Below are positions 42,127-52,628 of a stretch of 64,000 nucleotides of DNA, in pieces (position 1 is the first letter of the stretch; each line of letters starts with the position of its first letter). The notes under the pieces are model-generated. The model saw only the letters and a list, made by a program, of their open reading frames with translations. It was not told the origin of the DNA and ran no database searches. Source of the stretch: Pontiella sp. (GTDB lineage: Bacteria; Verrucomicrobiota; Kiritimatiellia; Kiritimatiellales; Pontiellaceae); the NCBI GenBank assembly GCA_050290185.1, contig JBNKHE010000007.1:96001-160000 (forward strand). Direction: 5' to 3'. The position numbers were made by a program, and so were the translations under genes.

Positions 42127-42211
42127 GTGCTCCAAACCCTGAAGTGGACAGCTGGTCATCCGGGTGTTAGTCTTCGTTCCGATCAGCGGGTAACGAGTGG
42201 AGACAGGACGT

Positions 42212-43753
42212 ATGAGCGAAAACCAGCAGGAAATCATCGAACTGCGGCATTTGTGCATCGAGGATTATGTCGGGCTTAAAAATTCCGCAGACAAGGCCTA
42301 TGAAAAAACAGGGCTGGGCACCTGGCATGAAAAGGAGATCCAAAAGCTTCTCGATATCTTTCCGGAAGGCCAGCTTTGCATTACGCTCAACGGTAAGGTG
42401 GTGGCAAGCGCACTTTCGCTTATCATCAACTACGATGATTTCGGCGATGACCACACCTACAATGAGATCCATGGAAACTACAGTTTCAAAACGCACGATT
42501 CCGACGGTGATGTGCTCTACGGGATCGATGTCTTTGTCCACCCAGAATATCGGGGTATGCGGCTGGGCCGAAGGCTCTACGAAGGACGCAAGGAGCTGTG
42601 TGAGAACCTCAATCTGCGAGCGATCATGGCGGGGGGACGCATACCAAACTACAAGATGCACGCCGATACGCTGACGCCGCGGCAATATATCGAAAAGGTC
42701 CAGGCCCGTGAAATCTATGATCCAACCCTGACCTTTCAGCTGGCCAACGGATTTCACGTGAAGAAGGTTCTGAAGAACTATCTCGAAGGCGATGTGCAGA
42801 GCCAGGAGTTTGCCACGCTGCTCGAGTGGAACAATATCTACTACCAGCCGCATCAAAAGGTACTCAACGTGGAACGCTCCGAAGTCCGCGTGGGGCTGGT
42901 GCAGTGGCAGATGCGCCCGTTCAGCGATATGGACAAACTGATGGAGCAGGCCGAGTATTTCGTCGATGCCGTGTCCGGGTACAATTCCGATTTCCTGCTG
43001 TTCCCTGAATTCTTCAACGCGCCCCTGATGGCGCCCTACAACCATCTGCCCGAAGCCAAGGCCATGCGTGAGCTGGCTGCCTTTGCAGAGCCGCTTCGAG
43101 ATCGCTTTCTCGACCTCGCTGTTTCCTACAACGTAAACATTATCACCGGCAGCATGCCGGTGATTGAGGAAACGAGACTGCTTAATATTTCCTATCTTTG
43201 CCGCCGGGATGGTACCGTCGATTATGTCCACAAAATCCACCCAACACCTTCCGAGGTGGAGTCGTGGGGCATGGTAGGCGGCGATGAGATCAAGGTGCTT
43301 GATACCGACTGCGGTAAGATCGGGATCCTGATCTGTTATGATGTTGAATTCCCCGAGGTGTGCCGGCTGATGGCGGATGATGGCATGCGCATTCTGTTTG
43401 TTCCGTTTTGCACGGATACGCAAAACGGGTTCATGCGCGTGCGCCGCTGTGCGCAGGCCCGCGCCATCGAAAACGAATGCTACGTGGCAGTGGCCGGAGC
43501 GGTCGGCAACCTGCCGAATGTCAACAACATGGATATCCAGTACGCGCAGTCGGCCGTGTTTACGCCGTCCGATTTTTCCTTCCCTACCAACACGATCAAG
43601 ACCGAGACCACACCCAATACCGAAATGGTGCTCATCGCCGATGTGGATCTCAACCTGCTGAAAGAACTGCATGCGCGCGGTAGCGTCCGCAATCTGAAGG
43701 ATCGCCGCAGGGATCTCTATCGCGTGGTTCGCCGGAACGGTTCCTCCCGGTAA
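42212..43753 (+). CDS. Bifunctional GNAT acetyltransferase / carbon-nitrogen hydrolase
   Basis: FPEGQ and VHPEYRG GNAT motifs; FPEFF, KIHPT, ICYDVEFPE nitrilase triad. Confidence 0.92.
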   Translation: MSENQQEIIELRHLCIEDYVGLKNSADKAYEKTGLGTWHEKEIQKLLDIFPEGQLCITLNGKVVASALSLIINYDDFGDDHTYNEIHGNYSFKTHDSDGDVLYGIDVFVHPEYRGMRLGRRLYEGRKELCENLNLRAIMAGGRIPNYKMHADTLTPRQYIEKVQAREIYDPTLTFQLANGFHVKKVLKNYLEGDVQSQEFATLLEWNNIYYQPHQKVLNVERSEVRVGLVQWQMRPFSDMDKLMEQAEYFVDAVSGYNSDFLLFPEFFNAPLMAPYNHLPEAKAMRELAAFAEPLRDRFLDLAVSYNVNIITGSMPVIEETRLLNISYLCRRDGTVDYVHKIHPTPSEVESWGMVGGDEIKVLDTDCGKIGILICYDVEFPEVCRLMADDGMRILFVPFCTDTQNGFMRVRRCAQARAIENECYVAVAGAVGNLPNVNNMDIQYAQSAVFTPSDFSFPTNTIKTETTPNTEMVLIADVDLNLLKELHARGSVRNLKDRRRDLYRVVRRNGSSR

Positions 43754-43824
43754 CCTGCCTGTCCCATCATTTGTATGGATTACACCCTTTCAACCAGCGT
43801 GTGTTTTAATTACCGTCTGTTCCC

Positions 43825-44622
43825 ATGAATTGGATGTTATCTCTTGAAAAGCGTTTCGGGTCGTGGGCCATTCCCAATCTGACTCTCTATCTGTTGCTCA
43901 TGCAGGTTATAGGAGCGTTTCTGTTGCTGGGGCATTATGTCTCGGTAACCGATATGGTGCTGCATGGAAGTTCCGTGATCGACCGGGGGCAGTGGTGGCG
44001 TCTGGTTACCTTCATGATGTTGCCGAAAACGCTGAGCCCGTTGTGGCTCGTGTTCGCGTTCTACATTTTTTATCTCATGGGAACCGCCCTCGAGGCCCAA
44101 TGGGGGGCGTTCCGGTTCAACCTGTTCATTCTGTGCGGCTATCTCTTGACCGTAGGTATGGCGTTTATCAATCCCGGAACGGTACTCAGCAATTTTTATT
44201 TTCTGGGTGTGGTGTTCATGGCCTTTGCGACTTTGTTTCCGAATTTTGAACTCCGCCTTTATTTCATCCTGCCCATCAAGGTGAAGTGGCTGGGCTGGCT
44301 GACTTTTGCGTTCTATATCATGACCTTGCTCCAATCGACCAAGGGCCCTGGCGGGATTGTGGTGGTCGGGAATAAGCTGGCTGTGGCAGCGGCCTTGGCA
44401 AACTATGCGCTTTTCTTCGGCAAGGATATGCTCCGCAACATGAACGCCGCCAAGCGCAGGAAGGCCTTTCATGCGAGAGCGACTGAGCTGAACGACCAGC
44501 CTCGGCACGTATGTACGGAGTGCGGGATTACCGACAAGAGCGATCCTGCCATGCTCTTCCGCTATTGCTCGACCTGCGGAAAATGTTTCTGCGAAAAGCA
44601 TATTGAAACCCACGAACATTAA
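43825..44622 (+). CDS. Rhomboid-like membrane protein with C-terminal Zn finger
   Basis: GQWWRLVTF, LEAQWG, PIKVKW; CTECG...CSTC...FCEKH. Confidence 0.8.
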   Translation: MNWMLSLEKRFGSWAIPNLTLYLLLMQVIGAFLLLGHYVSVTDMVLHGSSVIDRGQWWRLVTFMMLPKTLSPLWLVFAFYIFYLMGTALEAQWGAFRFNLFILCGYLLTVGMAFINPGTVLSNFYFLGVVFMAFATLFPNFELRLYFILPIKVKWLGWLTFAFYIMTLLQSTKGPGGIVVVGNKLAVAAALANYALFFGKDMLRNMNAAKRRKAFHARATELNDQPRHVCTECGITDKSDPAMLFRYCSTCGKCFCEKHIETHEH

Positions 44623-44716
44623 GCGGGTTCGGGACTTGGTTTTTTTAACCGTTCTTATTCTTTGATCACCGCCACTTTCTTGGATAGTTTTTAGCCAATT
44701 GATAAAGGAGAGTGTC

Positions 44717-45601
44717 ATGAGCATCAATCAGGCTGTAGTTTTCACTAAACCGGTTCATCATTTGGGTATCGAGCTGGATTCGCAGCAACTTGACCAGCTC
44801 GTGCGGAACTATTTCGAGGGTCAGGGATTTTCCATCGTCTACAACCATCAGGTCACGGGTGCCGAGCTGGCTGAACGGGAGATCATCCGCCAGCACTATC
44901 TCATGTACAGCAAGGCCTCGTATGGTGATATCGACATTACGGTTGATGGGGAGGCTCTGTTCGCTGAATTGTTCGGTCGGGAGTGGGATGATGAGGTCGA
45001 AGGAGGCCGCATCATGGGCAATCCGCAACTGTTGGAAAACAAGGGGATCGATGCGCACCAGCTGTTCAATCTGTGGAACGCGGCCGATGTGAAAAAGGTT
45101 CAGGCCGGAGTGCTGATGGGTTGGCTGGATGCGTTGGAGTGCTATTGCATTAATGCCTTCTATCCAGCCATGGAAGCGAACTTCTACCATCCGGATACGC
45201 GCATGGACTACTATGTGATGGAGTTCGATCCCGTACAGGTATCGTGGGAACAATTCCGCAAGGATATTCTCGGTATTACCAATGCCGCCAAGGCCGCTCC
45301 GGAAAGTTTCCGTGGCCAGCTGTATGCAAAATATCCGGTCGAGTTTCCCGGTCGCGATAATTTCGTGCATGGCAGCGCCGGCCCGTTTGAAGGTATGATC
45401 GAACGCGTCATTCACGAACAGGATTTCGATCTGTCCACCAATCCAATCGGTCGCTATCTGGAAACCATTGGTGTTCCGCTTGAGCGCGTAAAAACTTGGA
45501 AGAACCGCCAGTCCATTGCCGACCTCGGCGCTCTGTTCGACGACACCGAAGAGAAGAATACCGCCGACATCTTTCCGTTTCTGGACGCCGTCGCGTGGTA
45601 G
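44717..45601 (+). CDS. Nucleoside-diphosphate-kinase-like protein
   Basis: VFTKP, HY, LGITN..AAPESFRG and NFVHGS motifs. Confidence 0.7.
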   Translation: MSINQAVVFTKPVHHLGIELDSQQLDQLVRNYFEGQGFSIVYNHQVTGAELAEREIIRQHYLMYSKASYGDIDITVDGEALFAELFGREWDDEVEGGRIMGNPQLLENKGIDAHQLFNLWNAADVKKVQAGVLMGWLDALECYCINAFYPAMEANFYHPDTRMDYYVMEFDPVQVSWEQFRKDILGITNAAKAAPESFRGQLYAKYPVEFPGRDNFVHGSAGPFEGMIERVIHEQDFDLSTNPIGRYLETIGVPLERVKTWKNRQSIADLGALFDDTEEKNTADIFPFLDAVAW

Positions 45602-45667
45602 TCATTGAACGTCGTGGTTCGTGAGCGGTCTTTATTTTATCCAAACCCAAAGAAAGGAGCAGGAACG

Positions 45668-45808
45668 ATGAAGAAAATAATGAGTATGGCGTTGGTTGCG
45701 TTGTTCGTGGTTGCAGTCAGCGGATGTTGCAGCATGAAAGGCAAAAAATGCTGCGCAAAGAGCGGCACATGCCCCATGCAACCTGCAGCCGAAAAAGCGG
45801 ACATGTAA
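45668..45808 (+). CDS. Small Cys-rich lipoprotein
   Basis: AGGA RBS; lipobox VSGC; followed by a terminator. Confidence 0.7.
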   Translation: MKKIMSMALVALFVVAVSGCCSMKGKKCCAKSGTCPMQPAAEKADM

Positions 45809-45823
45809 TCCTGTCCGGGATTC

Positions 45824-45858
45824 AAAAAAAAGCCCCGTTCACCACGGGGCTTTTTTTT
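45824..45858. terminator. Bidirectional intrinsic terminator
   Basis: A8-GCCCCG...CGGGGC-T8. Confidence 0.85.
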
Positions 45859-45988
45859 GTGTCCTGTTGGGGAGTGGGGATGTTATTCAGGGCGTATCAT
45901 TTCGAAGCGGTCGCGGGTACGGCGCAGTACCAGTACGGCGAGGCCATGCGGCCGATGACGTGGAAATGGTCCGCGACGATGCGCCCGA

Positions 45989-47863
45989 TCATACGGGTAG
46001 TATGATCTTGAAGATGGTTTCCTCATTGGGCTTGCTTGAGCATTCGAGGGTTCCTCCGATGGCGTTGACCATGCGGTGACATAGCGCCAGCCCGAGCCCC
46101 ATACCCGTATGTTCCCTGGTCATGTAGTCTTCCGTCTGTGAGAAGATTTCCATCATTGTTTCGATTTGCTTCTCATCAAAGCCCGGTCCCTGGTCGATCA
46201 CCGAAACCGTGATGGATCGTTCATGGCGGGACAGCAACTCGTCTAGAACCACCTGGACGCGTCCCTTTTGCGAAAACTTGATCGAGTTTTCAAGCAGCTT
46301 GCAAACGGCCAGCTTGAGATAGGGCCAATGGATTTCCAGGCAGGGACTGTGCGGAAAGAACGAATGGAATTCCAGTGCCAGTCCCTTCTTCCGTGCAGAG
46401 GGGCGACATTCCCCGACCAGCGCGGCCAGGTGATCCGCAATGCTGCAGGTTTCGGGTTTGATTTTTCCGGTTGCGCTGTTCGCATTCGTGTATTCGAGAA
46501 TGTCGTTCACGATGCCGAGCAGGCAATGGCTGCTATCCATGATATCGTTTGTATATTCCAAGCGGGCCCCAGGATCGTTTTCTTCAGCCAGCAGTGCGGT
46601 AAAACCGTCGATAGCATTCAGCGGCGTGCGGAATTCGTGCGAAACCATCATGAGAAACTCGGACTTGGCCTTGGAGGCAACTTCCGCCGTTTCCTTTGCC
46701 TCCTTCAGTTCAAGGGCAGTACGGTTGCGCAATTGCTGCAGACGGATCAATCCTGTAATCAATGCGGTTTGCATGATGATGAAAAGTGCTCCGATGATCA
46801 GGAACATCCTGTAGCGGTTGATGCGGGTATCGGGTGCCCCGATGATAACCGCATCACTGATCAGCGGACTTTTGGTAAGGCCGTAATGTTTGAGTCCGCC
46901 GTAGTTGAAGATCTTTTGGCCGACTGCTTCGTAGACCGGAGGAATGTTCTCCACGGGAGTTCCGCTGATCACTTCCAGAACCATTTGTGCCGCCATGGCT
47001 CCCTGTTTCTGCCCGTCCTGAACAATCCCGCCCAGTGCACCGTATTCCACAAAGCGTTTGTTCAGGACAAAAACCGGCGGGCCGATACTACCGATCCGCT
47101 TAATCACATCGGCACCCGCACCCATGCGAATCTCATTGAAGGTCAGGCCGAAGTAAAAGATGATGGACGGGACGTTCCTGACGCCTTCCTTCACGCGTGA
47201 AATGACTTCATCAACCGATGTTCCTTGCGCCTGCCGGATAGTCACACAGTCCGTGTAGGGAAGTATGGACGGCAGACGGCAGACTTGTTCTTCGACCCTG
47301 TTGCCGCCTACATAATCCGTAATGCAGACAATCTGCCTGGCCTTGGGAAACAACTGATGGGCCAATTTCATTGCTTCGATGGGGTGGCCACCTTCCATCA
47401 CGCCGGTTGATCCAGGACATTTCTCGAGAATCTCCGGCGACATGAAGTTAATTCCGCAGGTTACAACCGGTACATTCTTGAACAGCGTGTTTCTGTTTTG
47501 GGCCACAAAATCGAAGGCCGAATCGTCCGACGTCAACACGGCAGCAAGGGGCATGTTCCCGTATTTAAGTTCTAAGACGCGCTGCAGGGTGGGCTTATAT
47601 TCCTTGAAGTCGCTCCGTTTGGCATCGAGGTATTCGGTGTGGAGTTCAACCTTGCCATCAAGCGTTTCAAGTATGCTGTCCGCCAGAGAATCGGACCAGG
47701 GATATCCCCGATGGTAGGAGTTGATGTAAAGAACTTTCGGCAGTTCCTTGGTCCTTGCCTGTTCTCCAAAGGAGGATGGAAGGATGGTCAGGGCAAGAAA
47801 GAGCGTTGCCAAGAGAATCTGGCAACGCTTTATCTTATCTGTGGGAATGTCCGTTATATGCAT
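45989..47863 (-). CDS. Sensor histidine kinase with periplasmic binding-protein-like domain
   Basis: INSYH..YPWS; SHEFRTPLN H-box; DQGPG and GMGLGL. Confidence 0.9.
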   Translation of the reverse strand: MHITDIPTDKIKRCQILLATLFLALTILPSSFGEQARTKELPKVLYINSYHRGYPWSDSLADSILETLDGKVELHTEYLDAKRSDFKEYKPTLQRVLELKYGNMPLAAVLTSDDSAFDFVAQNRNTLFKNVPVVTCGINFMSPEILEKCPGSTGVMEGGHPIEAMKLAHQLFPKARQIVCITDYVGGNRVEEQVCRLPSILPYTDCVTIRQAQGTSVDEVISRVKEGVRNVPSIIFYFGLTFNEIRMGAGADVIKRIGSIGPPVFVLNKRFVEYGALGGIVQDGQKQGAMAAQMVLEVISGTPVENIPPVYEAVGQKIFNYGGLKHYGLTKSPLISDAVIIGAPDTRINRYRMFLIIGALFIIMQTALITGLIRLQQLRNRTALELKEAKETAEVASKAKSEFLMMVSHEFRTPLNAIDGFTALLAEENDPGARLEYTNDIMDSSHCLLGIVNDILEYTNANSATGKIKPETCSIADHLAALVGECRPSARKKGLALEFHSFFPHSPCLEIHWPYLKLAVCKLLENSIKFSQKGRVQVVLDELLSRHERSITVSVIDQGPGFDEKQIETMMEIFSQTEDYMTREHTGMGLGLALCHRMVNAIGGTLECSSKPNEETIFKIILPV

Positions 47864-47895
47864 TACGGAATTGTTATTCGTTCTGAACCGTTCCG

Positions 47896-49434
47896 CTAGA
47901 AGTCGACGATGTTGGAGATGTAGGCTTCCAGCTCATCGATGGGCAGGCGAATCTGTTCCATGCTGTCGCGGTCGCGGATGGTTACGCAGTTGTCCTGTTC
48001 GATGGTTTCAAAGTCGACCGTCACGCACAGCGGGGTACCGATTTCATCCTGACGACGGTAGCGACGGCCGATGGCTCCGGTCTGGTCGTAGAATGTTTTC
48101 CAGCGCTTGGAGAGCTGGTTGTATACTTCGCGCGCTTTTTCCACCAGGGGTTCTTTGTTTTTCACAAGCGGAAGAACGGCCACCTTATACGGGGCAATGC
48201 ACGGCGAGAACCGCAGAACGGTACGGGCTTCGTAGCCTTCCGGCGCGCGCTTGGCATCGACTTCCGCGGTAACGACTTCTCCGGTTTCTTTGTTGATCCA
48301 TTCTTCGCGGTACGCTTCGCACAACAAGGCCAGGGCAATGCGGTCCACGCCGGCTGAAGGTTCGATGACGTGCGGAATGTAGGTTTCGTTCGTATCCGGA
48401 TCGTGGTATTCGAGCTTTTTCCCGGCCGTGTTCTGGTGCTGAGTCAGATCGAAGTTGCCGCGTGCGGCGATACCTTCGAGTTCCTGCGTGCCGAAGGGGA
48501 AGTCGTACATAATGTCCGTGCAGGCCGAGGCATAGTGGGCGAGGGCGTCGCCTTCGTGGATGTCGCGGTGCATGCGGCCTTCCGGAAGCCCGACCTTTTC
48601 GTACCATTTCAGACGTTCGGCCACCCAGTATTCGTGCTGCTCGGCATCGGTTCCGGGTTTGATGAAGAATTCGAGTTCCATCTGTTCAAACTCGCGGGAG
48701 CGGAAGGTGTAGTTCCGCGGGTTGATTTCGTTCCGGAAGGCTTTTCCTATCTGCGCGATGCCGAAGGGCACCTTGTTGCGGACGGTGGAGCAGACATTGC
48801 CGAATTGGGCGAAGATGCCCTGTGCAGTCTCCGGACGGAGATACGCGACGTTGGAACTTTCTTCGACGGGGCCGACGTAGGTCTTGAACATCAGGTTGAA
48901 TGCACGCGGTTCGGTCAGCGTACCCGGTTCGTTGGTGTCGGGACCGACCAGCTTGTTGTAGTGATCTAGCGGAATATCGAGCAGGGCCACTTCTTCGTAG
49001 TCGGCGGCATCGCCTTTGACGATTTTGGCCATCTTCTTTTCAGCGGGCGCCGGCGCGTTTTCGTGGAAGGCAAACATCAGGGCGTCGGCATCGGTCTTGT
49101 GCTTGAGCACGAAGATCTGGTCGGCGCGGTAGCGGCCTTTGGTTTCGCGGCAGTCGAGCATCGGATCCTTGAAGTTGCCGACATGGCCGGATGCTTCCCA
49201 GACGCGCGGATGCATGATGATGGCGCTGTCGAGGCCAACGATGTCCTCGCGCAGCTGGGTCATGGATTTCCACCAGCACGCCTTGATATTGCGCTTCATT
49301 TCAACGCCGAGCGGGCCGTAGTCCCAGAATCCGTTGATGCCGCCGTAGATTTCCGAGGTCTGGAAAATAAAACCACGCCGTTTGCAGAGACTGACAAGGG
49401 CGTCCATTGTTACTTCATAGTCGTTTGCTTTCAT
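47896..49434 (-). CDS. glyQS: Glycine--tRNA ligase (alpha2 type)
   Basis: KRRGF, DYGPLG, LRPETAQG, FRSREFEQME, VIEPSAG and IGRRYRRQDEIGTP motifs. Confidence 0.96.
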   Translation of the reverse strand: MKANDYEVTMDALVSLCKRRGFIFQTSEIYGGINGFWDYGPLGVEMKRNIKACWWKSMTQLREDIVGLDSAIIMHPRVWEASGHVGNFKDPMLDCRETKGRYRADQIFVLKHKTDADALMFAFHENAPAPAEKKMAKIVKGDAADYEEVALLDIPLDHYNKLVGPDTNEPGTLTEPRAFNLMFKTYVGPVEESSNVAYLRPETAQGIFAQFGNVCSTVRNKVPFGIAQIGKAFRNEINPRNYTFRSREFEQMELEFFIKPGTDAEQHEYWVAERLKWYEKVGLPEGRMHRDIHEGDALAHYASACTDIMYDFPFGTQELEGIAARGNFDLTQHQNTAGKKLEYHDPDTNETYIPHVIEPSAGVDRIALALLCEAYREEWINKETGEVVTAEVDAKRAPEGYEARTVLRFSPCIAPYKVAVLPLVKNKEPLVEKAREVYNQLSKRWKTFYDQTGAIGRRYRRQDEIGTPLCVTVDFETIEQDNCVTIRDRDSMEQIRLPIDELEAYISNIVDF

Positions 49435-49553
49435 AAGACGGGCGAGAATGCCCAAGGCCGACAAACCGGTCAAGGATGAAGGGGCGAAATGATTACAGAT
49501 TCGCGGGGTTTTAAACTGTGCATCCGGCCCGGCCATGGATAGGTTATCAGCGT

Positions 49554-49958
49554 ATGAAGAACCAGCATTCCCGTAGAATAGTCCCGATATCGGCTGTAAC
49601 GATCGTTGTAATAGCCATTCTGATAATGTTCGAGGCATTGGTCATCAGTGGTGCCGTGGAGACCAAGGCTTCGACCATCGCAAAAGTGGCTCCCTGGGCC
49701 TATGAGCCGTTTCTCAAGCTGGTTGGGGAGCATCCGGATTCGTACCGGAAACGGGGGGATGTGGACAGTCGCCGCGATACACAGCCGGAAGCATCCGCTA
49801 TCGATATGGTGACCGGCTTAAGTGCGGAATCTCTGCTGGTCGAGACGAACGTTGTTCCTGATATCCAGGAATCCATGGATACAACCAACACTCCTGCAGA
49901 ACCCTCCGCAACACCTCTGTCCGACCCGGAACCGGAGAAGGTGGTGCCGGTGGGTTGA
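49554..49958 (+). CDS. Membrane-anchored hypothetical protein
   Basis: One TM helix, Pro/Glu-rich tail. Confidence 0.6.
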   Translation: MKNQHSRRIVPISAVTIVVIAILIMFEALVISGAVETKASTIAKVAPWAYEPFLKLVGEHPDSYRKRGDVDSRRDTQPEASAIDMVTGLSAESLLVETNVVPDIQESMDTTNTPAEPSATPLSDPEPEKVVPVG

Positions 49959-50690
49959 TCACACCTGCCAGTAGGCTAGAAACTCGATATTTCCGGCGGG
50001 GCCCTTGATGGGGGAGTCGCACAGGCCCACCCACCGAAAGCCCAGCTCTTCCGTGCCGAAGCGCTTTACCTTCTCGATCACTTCCTCGTGGATGGCCGGG
50101 TCGCGCACTACGCCGCCCTTGCCGACCTGATCTTTGCCCGCCTCGAACTGCGGTTTGATCAACGATACAATATGCCCGCCCGGTTTGAGCAGGTTCTTGA
50201 GTGGCGGGAGAATGTTGGTCAGCGAGATAAACGATGTATCAATGCTGCAGAAGTCGGCCTTTTCCGGTATGTCGGCTTCGGTGAGGTAGCGGGCATTGGT
50301 GTTTTCCATCACCACCACGCGCGGATCTGCGCGCAAGCGATAATGCAACTGGTTGGTTCCACAATCCACGGCATAGACTTTGTCGGCCCCGTGCTGAAGC
50401 ATGAAGTCGGTAAAGCCGCCGGTGGACGATCCGATATCGAGGCAGACAGTCCCAGTGAGTTCGAATTGAAACTGTTTCCACGCGCCTTCGATTTTCAGGC
50501 CGCCGCGGCTGACATACTTCTCCGGTTCTTTGACGAAGAGCTTTGCGTCGTCGCGATACTGATGGCCCGGTTTCCCGGCAGGTTGGTCGTCCACGCGCAC
50601 CTTGCCGGCCCGGATCAGGCGCTGTGCCTGTTCCCGGCTTTCGGCGAGCCCGTTCTGGACGAGCAGTTGATCTAATCTAATCTTAGCCAT
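49959..50690 (-). CDS. tlyA: TlyA family rRNA methyltransferase
   Basis: S4 domain RLDQLL; YVSRGGLK, DIGSSTGGFTD, LIKPQFE and GNIEF motifs. Confidence 0.93.
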   Translation of the reverse strand: MAKIRLDQLLVQNGLAESREQAQRLIRAGKVRVDDQPAGKPGHQYRDDAKLFVKEPEKYVSRGGLKIEGAWKQFQFELTGTVCLDIGSSTGGFTDFMLQHGADKVYAVDCGTNQLHYRLRADPRVVVMENTNARYLTEADIPEKADFCSIDTSFISLTNILPPLKNLLKPGGHIVSLIKPQFEAGKDQVGKGGVVRDPAIHEEVIEKVKRFGTEELGFRWVGLCDSPIKGPAGNIEFLAYWQV

Positions 50691-50859
50691 GCATAACGTT
50701 AACAGGCTTCATGCCTTGATTGCCAACTCTTCCTTTGAACGCTTGTTGTCCGGTGATGTTATATCGTTGTCTTAAGGCGTTTTAGGTGTAGGGGGAGGCG
50801 AAGATAGGACGGATGTCAAAAATAGGTGAGTGGGGGCCATGGATTGAATGCTGGACAGG

Positions 50860-51549
50860 CTAAGTTCGGGACAGGTCGGCTAGGGCGAGGCTGGCGGCCT
50901 TGCGTTCGGCTTCGCGTTTGCTTCCGGCGGATGCTTTCCATGACTGGTTGCAGGCTTTGACTTCAACCGTGAAGATGCGGTCGTGCTCGGGGCCGGCGGT
51001 CTCGACGGTATCGTATTCGGGGATGTCGAAGCCGTGACTCTGGGCATGTTCCTGCAAGGCGCCTTTGGGATTGCTCTTGGCCGGCGCAGATTGAAGATCT
51101 TCCAGCTCGGGTAGGAATACGGTCTTGAAAATTTTATTCACGGCACGTGCACCGCCGTCGATCCATGCGGCTCCAATGATAGCCTCGACGGCATCGGCCA
51201 GATTGGAGGCGCGCTTGGCCCCGCCGTTCATTTCTTCGCCCCGGCCGAGCCGAAGGAAATCGCTGATGCCGATATTCGCACCGATACGGGCGAGCGTGCG
51301 GTCCTGGGTGAGGCGACTGCGCAGCTTGCTCATGGCGCCTTCCCGGGCATCGGGTTTGGAATGGAACAGATGCTCCGCTGAAATAAGGCTGAGGACGGCG
51401 TCACCAAGATATTCGAGGCGCTGGTTGTCGTCATCGGCCTCGCTGTTTTCATAGCGGAAGGAGGGATGGGTGAGCGCAAGTTCCAGCAAGGCTTTCTTTT
51501 TGAAGCGGTAGCCGATGGCTTGTTCGAGTTTTCGGTAGGTTAACTTCAT
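50860..51549 (-). CDS. rnc: Ribonuclease III
   Basis: ALTHPS, NQRLEYLGDAVL, ADAVEAIIGA; dsRBD. Confidence 0.95.
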   Translation of the reverse strand: MKLTYRKLEQAIGYRFKKKALLELALTHPSFRYENSEADDDNQRLEYLGDAVLSLISAEHLFHSKPDAREGAMSKLRSRLTQDRTLARIGANIGISDFLRLGRGEEMNGGAKRASNLADAVEAIIGAAWIDGGARAVNKIFKTVFLPELEDLQSAPAKSNPKGALQEHAQSHGFDIPEYDTVETAGPEHDRIFTVEVKACNQSWKASAGSKREAERKAASLALADLSRT

Positions 51550-51629
51550 GATTAAGCCATGGACGCGCACGGATGGGCATCTGTGAGAATTTTGATTCTG
51601 TGTTTTTCAGTGTTCATCTGTGGCGGATA

Positions 51630-52514
51630 TTAAAACGGTGCCGCGGTGCCGATCTTGGTGTTGATGGCGGCTTCGGCGATGGATCGTCCGTCGATGAGTT
51701 TAGGCTGAAGGCGCGGGCGCCAGTGACGGCGCCGGCTCTTGACGAGTATTTGGTGGCCCGGCAGGAATTCCAGCAAGGAGAAGATCCAGAGCAGGGGATA
51801 GGCGATTCCGGCCAGACCGTGGAGCCGGCGATACCGGTACAGCAGATCCTTTTCCGGATTCTTTTTGACCAGCCAGTAGTAGTCCTGTAGCAGGCGGGTC
51901 TGCACAAACTCGCCCAGGGTAGCGGCGGATTCCAGAAGCCCGTTGGAATAGGTAATGGTTTCGGGGACGTCGAAGCCGTCTTTAAGGATGTTGAAAAGCT
52001 CGTTGACCTTGTATCCGTTTCGGCGCTGTCCCTTGGCCATGGGGGAAATATCGAAAGCCCGCTGGAGCAGGGCAACCAGACTGAAGGGAACCCGCCGGGT
52101 TTCGGTGATGATGACCCATCCGTCATTTTTCAGTACGCGGTGGCATTCGTGCAGGAATTCATAATCGTTGTGAATACCCTTAAGCGCATCGACGATTACG
52201 ACCCGGTCAAAAAGGCCATCCTCGAACGGGAGCTTGCCGTTGTCGATGAGGGTGATGGGGTCGTTCGTGGAAAACGTGAGCGAATCGCTGGCGGTCTTGT
52301 TGACCACGGCGGTTTTCCAGCTGCCGCCCAGCGTGCGCAGGCTGGTGCTGATGATGCCGTCCCCGGCACTGATTTCGAGGCATTGCAGGTTCATCGTTTT
52401 TCCCGCCAGCTCCGAGAGGCGATCCAGCTTGCGTCGCCGACGGATGGAACGGGTAAACAGCTTGTCCTGCCATATCCGTATTTCTTCATCTAGATTTATA
52501 TTCGGATCGCTCAT
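51630..52514 (-). CDS. Class I SAM-dependent methyltransferase-like protein
   Basis: LEISAGDG, LPFEDGLFD and RVLKNDG motifs. Confidence 0.75.
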   Translation of the reverse strand: MSDPNINLDEEIRIWQDKLFTRSIRRRRKLDRLSELAGKTMNLQCLEISAGDGIISTSLRTLGGSWKTAVVNKTASDSLTFSTNDPITLIDNGKLPFEDGLFDRVVIVDALKGIHNDYEFLHECHRVLKNDGWVIITETRRVPFSLVALLQRAFDISPMAKGQRRNGYKVNELFNILKDGFDVPETITYSNGLLESAATLGEFVQTRLLQDYYWLVKKNPEKDLLYRYRRLHGLAGIAYPLLWIFSLLEFLPGHQILVKSRRRHWRPRLQPKLIDGRSIAEAAINTKIGTAAPF

Positions 52515-52567
52515 AGTTGCTGCGCAATATAGGAACGCATGCTCGGGTATTAAAGGTTAAAAAGAAT

Positions 52568-52588
52568 GTAGTTCCGCCATAAAGGCGG
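52568..52588 (+). repeat. GTAG-type REP-like palindrome
   Basis: GTAGTTCCGCC-ATAAA-GGCGG; related copies at 54701..54761. Confidence 0.55.
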
Positions 52589-52628
52589 TGCGGTTGGTGC
52601 GGCTGGGTTCGGTGAACTTGCTCCGCGT

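Noticed and set aside
49435..49638. N-terminal extensions in the ORF track (glyQS here; also ybeY, ddl, SLATT, WYL, lipoprotein, MTase)
   Set aside because: They overlap neighbouring genes or lack homology; downstream starts with an RBS or coupling fit better.
50860..51549. Link between host rnc and the island hairpins because they share the window
   Set aside because: rnc is a core gene about 20 kb away; proximity is not evidence.
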